This document shows positions 54,746 to 61,599 of a stretch of 61,599 bases of DNA, one piece after another; positions within the stretch are counted from its first letter, which is position 1, and each line of letters opens with the position of its first letter. The notes below the pieces were generated by a model. The model saw nothing but the letters and a program-made list of their open reading frames with translations. It was not told where the DNA came from and did not search any database. Made by a program: the position numbers and the translations under genes. Source of the DNA: a virus; the UHGV virus genome UHGV-0127988; one strand, written 5' to 3'.

Positions 54746-55399
54746 ATGAAAATTGAATGCATCCTCCATCGCCCTGGCGGTTCCCGCGTACAGCTCGAAG
54801 CCCCGCGCGTTGAGTACCATTTCAAGCCGAGCGAGTCCGATCCGCGCCATATCGCTGATGTGGTCGAAGCCTCTCACATTTCCACGCTGCTGCGCATCAC
54901 TGAGGGCTATCGCTCCGCTGAAGGCGAGCAGGAAGAAGAGAAGCCGCGCGTTAAAATCGACCTGAAAACCAGCGCACTTCATAGCCCGGTCTACAATATC
55001 CCCGGTGGCACCATTGAGCTGGCTGACGTTGTGGAAATGGCACAGAAGGATTCCGGCAAGACCCCGGACGAATGGAACGAGCTGGACGACGAAGACCGTA
55101 CCGAGTGGATCGACCAGGTGCTGCTGGAGCTGCAGGCCACGGTACCGACCGCCCCGGCGGTTGTCGCTGGCACTCCTGCCGCTGCTGAAGACGGCGAAAA
55201 CGAAGACAGCGCCGATGATTCTGCCGACGCTGGTCATAACGGCGGCGATGTCGGTGAGCAGTCCTCTAACGGCCCGGACCAGATCGACACCGAAGACGAG
55301 CTGGAAACCCTGCGCGCTGAATACAAGAAAGTGTTCAAGCGTAACCCGGCCAAGAGCATGACCGCCGCCAACCTGAAGCGCGCAATCAGCGAAGCGTAA
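54746..55399 (+). CDS. Acidic virion-associated protein (217 aa)
   Basis: ORF in the structural operon. Asp/Glu-rich C-terminal half. Confidence 0.45.
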   Translation: MKIECILHRPGGSRVQLEAPRVEYHFKPSESDPRHIADVVEASHISTLLRITEGYRSAEGEQEEEKPRVKIDLKTSALHSPVYNIPGGTIELADVVEMAQKDSGKTPDEWNELDDEDRTEWIDQVLLELQATVPTAPAVVAGTPAAAEDGENEDSADDSADAGHNGGDVGEQSSNGPDQIDTEDELETLRAEYKKVFKRNPAKSMTAANLKRAISEA

Positions 55400-55408
55400 G
55401 GGGAAACC

Positions 55409-55996
55409 ATGATCGATGCTTGCAAAGTTATCTCCGCTGACGGCCTGGACCGTCTGAACGGCCTTATCGCTGCTGCTGTCACTGACGGCTTTTCCCCGCA
55501 TGGCTCGATAATCCCGATCTCCAACGGCGATGTGAGCATCGTCATGGTTGATACCGGCACGCCGGTCGATGCCTGCAAAGTCATTAAGGCTGTGGGTCTG
55601 GTGCGTTTCAACCAGGCGCTTGCCGATGCCATTAACGATGGGTTTTACCCGGTAGGTCGTGGCGAGACTGGACCAGGGAATACATTCTTCATGGTGCTGG
55701 CAAAGGGCGGCGATACCGGTGGCGGTGGAGCGGTAACAGTCACCAGCGACCAAATCACCGACGCCTCAACAGTTGGCAAGAATGTACTGAAGGCAGCAGA
55801 TGCAGCCGCAGCGCGCGCAGCCATCGGCGCGGGGATTGGTAACTCGAACCTGGTGATCGGCACCACCGCCACCCAGGCGAAAGCAGGTAACTGGAAGCCA
55901 GCAGCAATCGACGTAACAGACTCCGGCGCGTTTGGGCGTCAGCTGCTGCAGGCCGCTAATCAGGCCGCTGCTAAAACCCTGCTGGGGATCTCCTGA
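55409..55996 (+). CDS. Virion protein with an internal tandem duplication and a C-terminal tail-fibre-N-terminus-like motif
   Basis: Repeats MIDACKVISADGLDRLNGLIAAAVTDGF / PVDACKVIKAVGLVRFNQALADAINDGF. C-terminal ITDASTVGKNVLKAADAAAARAAIGAG. Confidence 0.45.
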   Translation: MIDACKVISADGLDRLNGLIAAAVTDGFSPHGSIIPISNGDVSIVMVDTGTPVDACKVIKAVGLVRFNQALADAINDGFYPVGRGETGPGNTFFMVLAKGGDTGGGGAVTVTSDQITDASTVGKNVLKAADAAAARAAIGAGIGNSNLVIGTTATQAKAGNWKPAAIDVTDSGAFGRQLLQAANQAAAKTLLGIS

Positions 55997-56724
55997 TGAA
56001 GACCGCGAAAGAGCTTCTGGACAGGGCGGGAATTCTCCTGCTCGATGAGGGCTACGTTCGCTGGGATTTGCCGGAGCTGCTGAAGTGGCTGAATGATGGC
56101 CTGCTGGCTATTGTGACGCAGAAGCCCAGCGCGACGGCGGTAACTGTCACGCTGCCGCTGGCCGAAGGCACCTATCAGAGCATCCCGTCGAAATATAACG
56201 GCATTCTCCGCGTGGTGCGAAATATGCGCGGCGATAAGTCGGACCGGATGCCGCGTAAGATCGTCTCTGTGGTCGGCGTCGATGCGCTCGATGCCGTCAA
56301 TCCGTCCTGGCATGACCCTGATTCCGTGCGGTACCGCCAGCAGGCGAAGCACATCGTTTTCGATGAGGCTAACCCGCGCGCATTCTATGTCTATCCCGGC
56401 AACGACGGCACAGGCTACATCGAGGCGGTTTTGTCGGAGATCCCGCAGGCTATCGTCCTGGCTGATGGCTCTGACGCTCACAGCCTCGAAAGCTACGACC
56501 TGCCGCTCACCGTCAATGACATCTACTCGAACGCGCTGCTGTATTTCGTCCTCCACCGCGCTTACGCGAAGGATGCCCAGGTAGCAGGTGCCGCAGCACG
56601 CGCCGCAGCCTGGTATCAGCAGTACGCTAACGAACTGGGTATTCAGGTCACGGTCGAAACCAACATGTCGCCTAACGTCAAATCCGGCGTTGGTCGCGGT
56701 GCTGTGGGGGTAACGCAGCAATGA
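55996..56724 (+). CDS. Hypothetical virion protein (adaptor candidate; 242 aa)
   Basis: Coupled ORF. Confidence 0.45.
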   Translation: MKTAKELLDRAGILLLDEGYVRWDLPELLKWLNDGLLAIVTQKPSATAVTVTLPLAEGTYQSIPSKYNGILRVVRNMRGDKSDRMPRKIVSVVGVDALDAVNPSWHDPDSVRYRQQAKHIVFDEANPRAFYVYPGNDGTGYIEAVLSEIPQAIVLADGSDAHSLESYDLPLTVNDIYSNALLYFVLHRAYAKDAQVAGAAARAAAWYQQYANELGIQVTVETNMSPNVKSGVGRGAVGVTQQ

Positions 56725-57338
56725 TGCCTCCCAACAGACCGATTGAAGACCTGTATCCGAAAGTCCTCATGTACGCGCCGGGTTGCCCGGAGCCGCTGGC
56801 CGTCGATCACCTTCGCGACGCCGCAATCACGTTATGTGAGCGCACGCGCTGCTGGCGCGACGTGGACGAATTCGAGACAGACGGCGAAAGCCGTGTCGTT
56901 ATCCCGGCTATCGTGCCGGGCACAGCACTTTATGAGATCGAAAAGGCCTGGTTCGAAGAGCAGGAGCTGGAGCCGACTGGCTACGCAGAAGATATGCTGT
57001 TTCACGACAATGGCTATCCACGCCGGTTCTCGCAGCAGCTGCCGGATACCCTTCTGCTGATGCCTGCAGGCAGTCCTGGAACGGTTCGCCTCTCGATGTG
57101 GCTGAAACCGTCGCAGACTGCTGACGAGCTGCCGCAGTTCTTTTTTGAGCAGTTCGCGCAGGCGCTGGCGGATGGTGCCCTGTCCACACTCCTGCTTATC
57201 CCGAACCAGCCATTCACTAACCCGCAGATGGCGGCGGTGTTCGATTCCAGGTTCACCGCAATGCTTGACCGGAATTTTGCCTACAACATGCGAGGGCAGC
57301 AGCGTGCCAGAAAGCGCACCAAAGCCAGCTTTTTCTGA
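56721..57338 (+). CDS. Hypothetical virion protein (205 aa)
   Basis: Coupled ORF. Confidence 0.45.
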   Translation: MMPPNRPIEDLYPKVLMYAPGCPEPLAVDHLRDAAITLCERTRCWRDVDEFETDGESRVVIPAIVPGTALYEIEKAWFEEQELEPTGYAEDMLFHDNGYPRRFSQQLPDTLLLMPAGSPGTVRLSMWLKPSQTADELPQFFFEQFAQALADGALSTLLLIPNQPFTNPQMAAVFDSRFTAMLDRNFAYNMRGQQRARKRTKASFF

Positions 57339-57417
57339 GTACCAGGGCCGCCCGATATTTCCGGGCAATCTCCCCGTATCTCAGTATGATGCCGTCCTGC
57401 ATATCGGTAACGGCATT

Positions 57418-59835
57418 ATGGAGCGCCAGGTAAAACGGGCGGAAGAGACGCACGCATGGGCTTTCGATGCCAAAAGCTGGATCGAGCCGAGCGAGCGCAT
57501 TACCGCCTGCGCCGCGCGCACGGGAGACGGTCCGCTGACCATCACGAACCTGCAATTCACTGATGCCGCCATTGTTATCTGGCTGGCAGGTGGTGGCGAT
57601 GATGCCCGCCAGCTGGTGATCGTGGAGTTCATGACCAGCGAGTGCCGCGTACTGCAGTATCAATTCGCGTGCTTCACGCACGGCACTGCGCCGATGATCG
57701 TTCGGGTAGAGCTACTGGGGCCGCCGGTGGTTCTGGTAGGCTTCATTCATCAGGACAAGCAGCCTGAACCTGTTCAGCTGCCTGAAATCACCGTCACTCC
57801 GTCTTCTCTGGCATTCCCGCTCACCGGCGTGAACCAGGTTTCAGCGCCCCAGGTGCTGACCATGACGAATACGGGTGAAGTCCCGGTATTTCTGCGTGCT
57901 ATCAACGTCGCTGGAGCCTTCCACCAGAAGAACGGCAGCGAAGAAATTCTCCAGCCAGGTGATTCATATCCCCTGTCGGTGACATTCGCGCCGAAGGCTG
58001 CAGGTGATTTTGCTGGTTCGATCTCCATCGATATCAACGACGGCGGCAAGAAGTACGCTACGTTCACCGGCACCGCAGAAATCGGCACACGCATCACTAC
58101 CAGCGGGAACCAGCTGATTACCGGCGCTGGCGAAAACTTCCGCCTGCGCTCTATCAACTGGTTTGGTGCAGAAACTGATGTTTACGTGCCGCATGGGCTT
58201 TGGGCGCGCAGCTATAAGGCCATCATCGACCAGATTAAGGCGATGGGCTTTAACTCCGTCCGCCTGCCTTTCAGTGGCGATCTGCTGACCGCCGGGCGAG
58301 GCGTGTCCGCTGGGGTCATCAATTACGACCTGAACCCGGCGTTGGTAGGCAAGACGGCTTTTGAAGTCCTGGCCGCCATCATCGCGTACTGCGAAGAGAA
58401 AGAAATTTACGTTATCCTTGACCACCACCGCCGCACAGCCGGGAGTGGCGCTGATGGTTCACCGGTCAGTGACACGTACCCCCTGGCAACGTGGATCGCC
58501 AACTGGAAGGCGCTGGCGCAGCAGTTCGGTGAAAACAAATATGTGCTGGGTGCTGACCTTCATAATGAGCCGTATTCTCTGCCCTGGCAGGTATGGGCTG
58601 ATTATGCCGAGCAATGCGGCAATACCATCCATCAGGTTGCGCCTCACTGGCTAATTTTTGTTGAGGGTGTCGGTTCGTTTAACGGCGAAAGCTACTGGTG
58701 GGGCGGGCAGCTCGCTGGCGTGGCGTCTCGACCGGTTAAGCTGAACCAGGCGAACCGCGTCGTCTACTCGCCTCACGAATACGGCCAGTCGGTAGGTCAG
58801 CAATCCTGGCTTGCCTACGACGGCGAGGCGCTTCCGGAAAACTGGCCCATGAATCTCTATGAGGTATGGCGCTCACACTGGGGCTTTATCGTTGAGAACG
58901 GCATTGCGCCGGTCTGGATTGGCGAGTTCGGCGGTAAGTTCGGCACCAATGGTGATGGAGCGCTGGGGATTGCCCCGCACGCGGAATACGAGTGCCAGTG
59001 GCTTTATCACCTTGAGCTGTACATGAACGGCGATTTCGACGGCTACGGCGATATCGATCTTCCCGCTGGCAGCGAAGGTATCAGCTTCTGTTACTGGGCA
59101 TTCAACCCGAACAGCAGCGACACAGGCGGCATAGTCCAGGACGACTGGACGACCGCACAGACTTTCAAACTCAGACTACTGGATCCTATTATGGCTGGTG
59201 TATCCCTCGACTATCTGACTTCGCTCAACCCGATTTCAGCGTCGGAAGTTGCCGATGCTGATCTGCTGCTGGTCAACCATAACGGCACTGACTACAGCCT
59301 GCGCGTAAGCGAGCTTATGGCTCTCACACGCAACAAGACCTTTGAGCCTGGTGTGGTTCACTGGTTCGCAACCAACGTTAACCCGAACGCCAAATACAGC
59401 GGTCAGACCTGGATCCTGGTTCCTGGACTGGAGAAGACGGTACGACTGGCTAAAGCGGACGGCAGCGACCTGCTATCTACCGGCGGCGCTGACAGCGTAA
59501 CCATCGCCCGCGCGAATCTCCCGGCAGCACAGGTAGCGATTAGCGGCACCGCGCAGAATAAAGACCTGGGTACGAAAACCACGTCGAACAACGGCCAGCA
59601 TACCCACACATGGGGTACTGGCGTGCAGAAACAGGGTGGTAGCGATAACCCTGTCGCCGGTTCAGCAGAAGGCGGATTTGGCACAACGTCGGCTGCTGGT
59701 GCGCACGATCATACCGTCGCTCTCGGCGCGCACGACCACTCAGTTACTGGTCAAACAGAGAACTTGGGTAGCGGTCAATCACTGGGCGTGAAGAACGCCT
59801 ACGTTGTTCTGGCCGCCTGGTATCGCCTTTCTTAA
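57418..59835 (+). CDS. Tail fibre with an Ig-like region, a GH5 (cellulase-family) glycoside hydrolase domain and a His-box C-terminal tip
   Basis: FRLRSINWFGAETDVYVPHGLW, LHNEP (acid/base Glu) and IGEFGG (nucleophile Glu) are GH5 signatures. C-terminal HTHTW/HDHT/HDHS boxes. The ORF-track start at 57145 overlaps the upstream gene and was rejected. Confidence 0.65.
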   Translation: MERQVKRAEETHAWAFDAKSWIEPSERITACAARTGDGPLTITNLQFTDAAIVIWLAGGGDDARQLVIVEFMTSECRVLQYQFACFTHGTAPMIVRVELLGPPVVLVGFIHQDKQPEPVQLPEITVTPSSLAFPLTGVNQVSAPQVLTMTNTGEVPVFLRAINVAGAFHQKNGSEEILQPGDSYPLSVTFAPKAAGDFAGSISIDINDGGKKYATFTGTAEIGTRITTSGNQLITGAGENFRLRSINWFGAETDVYVPHGLWARSYKAIIDQIKAMGFNSVRLPFSGDLLTAGRGVSAGVINYDLNPALVGKTAFEVLAAIIAYCEEKEIYVILDHHRRTAGSGADGSPVSDTYPLATWIANWKALAQQFGENKYVLGADLHNEPYSLPWQVWADYAEQCGNTIHQVAPHWLIFVEGVGSFNGESYWWGGQLAGVASRPVKLNQANRVVYSPHEYGQSVGQQSWLAYDGEALPENWPMNLYEVWRSHWGFIVENGIAPVWIGEFGGKFGTNGDGALGIAPHAEYECQWLYHLELYMNGDFDGYGDIDLPAGSEGISFCYWAFNPNSSDTGGIVQDDWTTAQTFKLRLLDPIMAGVSLDYLTSLNPISASEVADADLLLVNHNGTDYSLRVSELMALTRNKTFEPGVVHWFATNVNPNAKYSGQTWILVPGLEKTVRLAKADGSDLLSTGGADSVTIARANLPAAQVAISGTAQNKDLGTKTTSNNGQHTHTWGTGVQKQGGSDNPVAGSAEGGFGTTSAAGAHDHTVALGAHDHSVTGQTENLGSGQSLGVKNAYVVLAAWYRLS

Positions 59836-59850
59836 AAGGAAATTTGAATC

Positions 59851-61599
59851 ATGACCAACTTATCTGGCGCAACCACTGCCGTCTTTATCATTAGTCTTTC
59901 AGCTGCGCTGGAAGTCCCTGTTAATGTCGCATGGGAAACGAAGGATGGCACCGCTAAATCAGGAACAGATTACGAGGCTGCAAGCGGATCTGTGACCTTC
60001 GAAGCTGGCGATACGCAGAAGCAAATTCAGGTTACTGTCTATGGGCGTGAGACCGTGGATGCCGCCACTCGCAAATTCAGCATCCTTCTTTATCCGCCGG
60101 AAAACGCAATTCTCGACCAGACGCTAACTGAAGTTGAAATTCAGGTTACTGACAGCGAAGGCGTGTCGGTTACATCGCTGGTAGTAGCAACAGGTCCCCG
60201 AGGACTGAAAGGCGATCCAGGCCTTAGTGCTTATGAGTTAGCAAAAATTCATGGCTATACTGGTACGCTTCAAGAATGGCTTGAGAACCAGAATCCGGTC
60301 GCCGCAATGCTACAAAAGACGATTAGGGTATCTGAATCAAGTATTCCTATGCTTCCAGATGTGGAGGAAAGGAAAAATAAAATATTGGCTTTCGATAACA
60401 ACGGAAGTCCGATGGTAACATTACCAGAGTCTGGATCTGCTGCTGATGTTCTTATTGAACTTAGATCAAGCTCAGGTGCTACGAAGGTGTACAAAAATAA
60501 ATCACCGCTGGAAAGAATTATCCGCGCATCAATCTTCGAATACCTGACAGAAGCAGACCAGCAAACGCTAATGACCTCTCCCGGTGCTGATGTAATAGCT
60601 GATTATGCATTGAAACAAGCTATTGATGATGGCGTGATGGTGCTGGACATTCCGTGGAACGTCGGTGCGCTCAATTTCGGGCTTGATCCAGCAACACTTC
60701 CATTGGGCTTCTCGCTAATAGGATGGGGGTGTCGTCGACCTTACACTATAGCAGGCGATAGTAGCTTTATTAATTGTGGTGTCGTCATCCGCGTAGCAGC
60801 TGGTGCAAGCTTTCCATTTTATTCAACAAGCAGGCATGTATTCCGGGATATTGTTTTTGATGGCCGAGATAAAACAACGTACCTTTTTTATTCGCCGAGT
60901 ACTGCAACCCAGTTCAACGGCACCCGACTTGAGGGGTGCGGATTTTATCGGTTTGCGATCGGGATTGGCTGGGCTTCAGGAGGAACAGCCAGGTACATCG
61001 GAACAATGAAAGCATATTTCTGTTCAATATCCGGAAACGGGGATGGAGTCAGGAATTTAATAGACTCCATGATGTTTGGTTGCACAATCAATGCTAATGA
61101 TCGAGGAGTGGCCCTTACCGGTGGGGCAAACAATAACTTTTTCGGAGGATGCCGGAACGAATGGAACACCGGCGATAACTGGTATGCGTACCAGGCGGGG
61201 GAGAACCAGATTTGCGGTGAGCTTTGCGACAGGGCGGGAAGGGGTGGTGTAGTTGCCGCTAAGGGGGCATCATGGATTTTAAACGGCGTTAACGTCCGGC
61301 GCAGTGGTGCTAATCAGACTGTGGGGGATGATTATTCTGCAAACTTTATTATTATAGACGACGGTAAAATCATACTTTCAGGGGTCAGAACTGGTGTCGG
61401 TGCGAATGACAGCGGTGATGGGGGGACAATCTCGCCATCCTACAACGTATCGGCTCTTGGCTCTGGCGGGGGGACTTTGCTGGTTTCCGGAAGTGATATG
61501 ACTGGTTTTGTTACTTCGGCAATTAACAAGAAGGCGGCCACGTTAAATAAGTCGATAACCGGCAACCTCGGTATGGACGATGATGTAAATGTTGGCATG
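59851..61599 (+). CDS. Tailspike (partial, 5' end only; no stop in window). N-terminal Calx-beta-like domain, collagen-like GxxG/SAYELA motif, parallel beta-helix (pectate-lyase-like).
   Basis: AAAGGAAA ribosome-binding site. TKDGTAKSGTDYEAASGSVTFEAGDTQKQIQV is the Calx-beta signature. GPRGLKGDPGLSAYELA. Repetitive NG/GG beta-helix rungs. Open to the window end. Confidence 0.65.
   Translation, partial: MTNLSGATTAVFIISLSAALEVPVNVAWETKDGTAKSGTDYEAASGSVTFEAGDTQKQIQVTVYGRETVDAATRKFSILLYPPENAILDQTLTEVEIQVTDSEGVSVTSLVVATGPRGLKGDPGLSAYELAKIHGYTGTLQEWLENQNPVAAMLQKTIRVSESSIPMLPDVEERKNKILAFDNNGSPMVTLPESGSAADVLIELRSSSGATKVYKNKSPLERIIRASIFEYLTEADQQTLMTSPGADVIADYALKQAIDDGVMVLDIPWNVGALNFGLDPATLPLGFSLIGWGCRRPYTIAGDSSFINCGVVIRVAAGASFPFYSTSRHVFRDIVFDGRDKTTYLFYSPSTATQFNGTRLEGCGFYRFAIGIGWASGGTARYIGTMKAYFCSISGNGDGVRNLIDSMMFGCTINANDRGVALTGGANNNFFGGCRNEWNTGDNWYAYQAGENQICGELCDRAGRGGVVAAKGASWILNGVNVRRSGANQTVGDDYSANFIIIDDGKIILSGVRTGVGANDSGDGGTISPSYNVSALGSGGGTLLVSGSDMTGFVTSAINKKAATLNKSITGNLGMDDDVNVGM

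Noticed and set aside
57145-57417. N-terminal extension of the tail-fibre ORF given by the ORF track
   Set aside because: It overlaps the upstream gene by about 190 nt in another frame with an Arg/Ser-rich artefactual translation. The first plausible in-frame start is ATG 57418.
61599-61599. Hypothesis that the partial ORF at the window start is the C-terminus of the tailspike that runs off the window end (circular junction)
   Set aside because: The frames do not match. Joining the ends gives a stop after four codons, so the window is not an exact circular unit.

Overview
The window reads as a nearly complete genome of a temperate, podovirus-like phage of Enterobacteriaceae (about 61.6 kb), not host chromosome. 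Phage genes lie on both sides of the integrase, so it is in the vegetative/attP permutation rather than integrated. Main modules, left to right:

- Receptor-binding proteins at 1-4129. Two tailspike-like proteins begin with Calx-beta-like domains.
- Virion and ejection proteins at 4132-23216. These include a protein with a C-terminal S74 intramolecular-chaperone domain and a 4,532-aa protein that fuses a lytic transglycosylase, an N6-adenine methyltransferase, an SNF2 helicase and predicted C-terminal membrane segments.
- Lysis cassette at 23468-25279: N-acetylmuramidase-type endolysin, two membrane proteins, and Rz with an embedded Rz1.
- Noncoding attP candidate region and a P4-type tyrosine integrase at 25956-27221 on the minus strand.
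- Leftward early operon at 27625-34048 on the minus strand. It carries AlpA/Xis, a Lar-like restriction-alleviation protein, a Tad2-like DUF2829 fusion protein and many small unknown proteins.
- Immunity switch at 34151-35161: a CI-like repressor without an S24 cleavage motif, divergent from a Cro-like protein.
- Rightward early operon at 35158-44497: an HNH endonuclease, a Ref-like nuclease, a PD-(D/E)xK protein, a Rha antirepressor, orphan N6-adenine and C5-cytosine methyltransferases, and O-like and P-like replication proteins.
- A cassette of six small minus-strand genes at 44533-46225.
- Packaging and head genes at 46314-57338: small and large terminase subunits, portal, scaffold, major capsid protein.
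- Two more receptor-binding proteins at 57418-61599. One carries a GH5 glycoside hydrolase domain.

The most unusual features are the giant multidomain ejection protein, a leader motif shared by three late promoters, a second copy of the immunity-region promoter next to the att/int region, and the concentration of anti-restriction and anti-Thoeris candidates. No tRNA, CRISPR array or reverse transcriptase was found. All domain calls come from reading motifs by eye and need HMM or structure confirmation.
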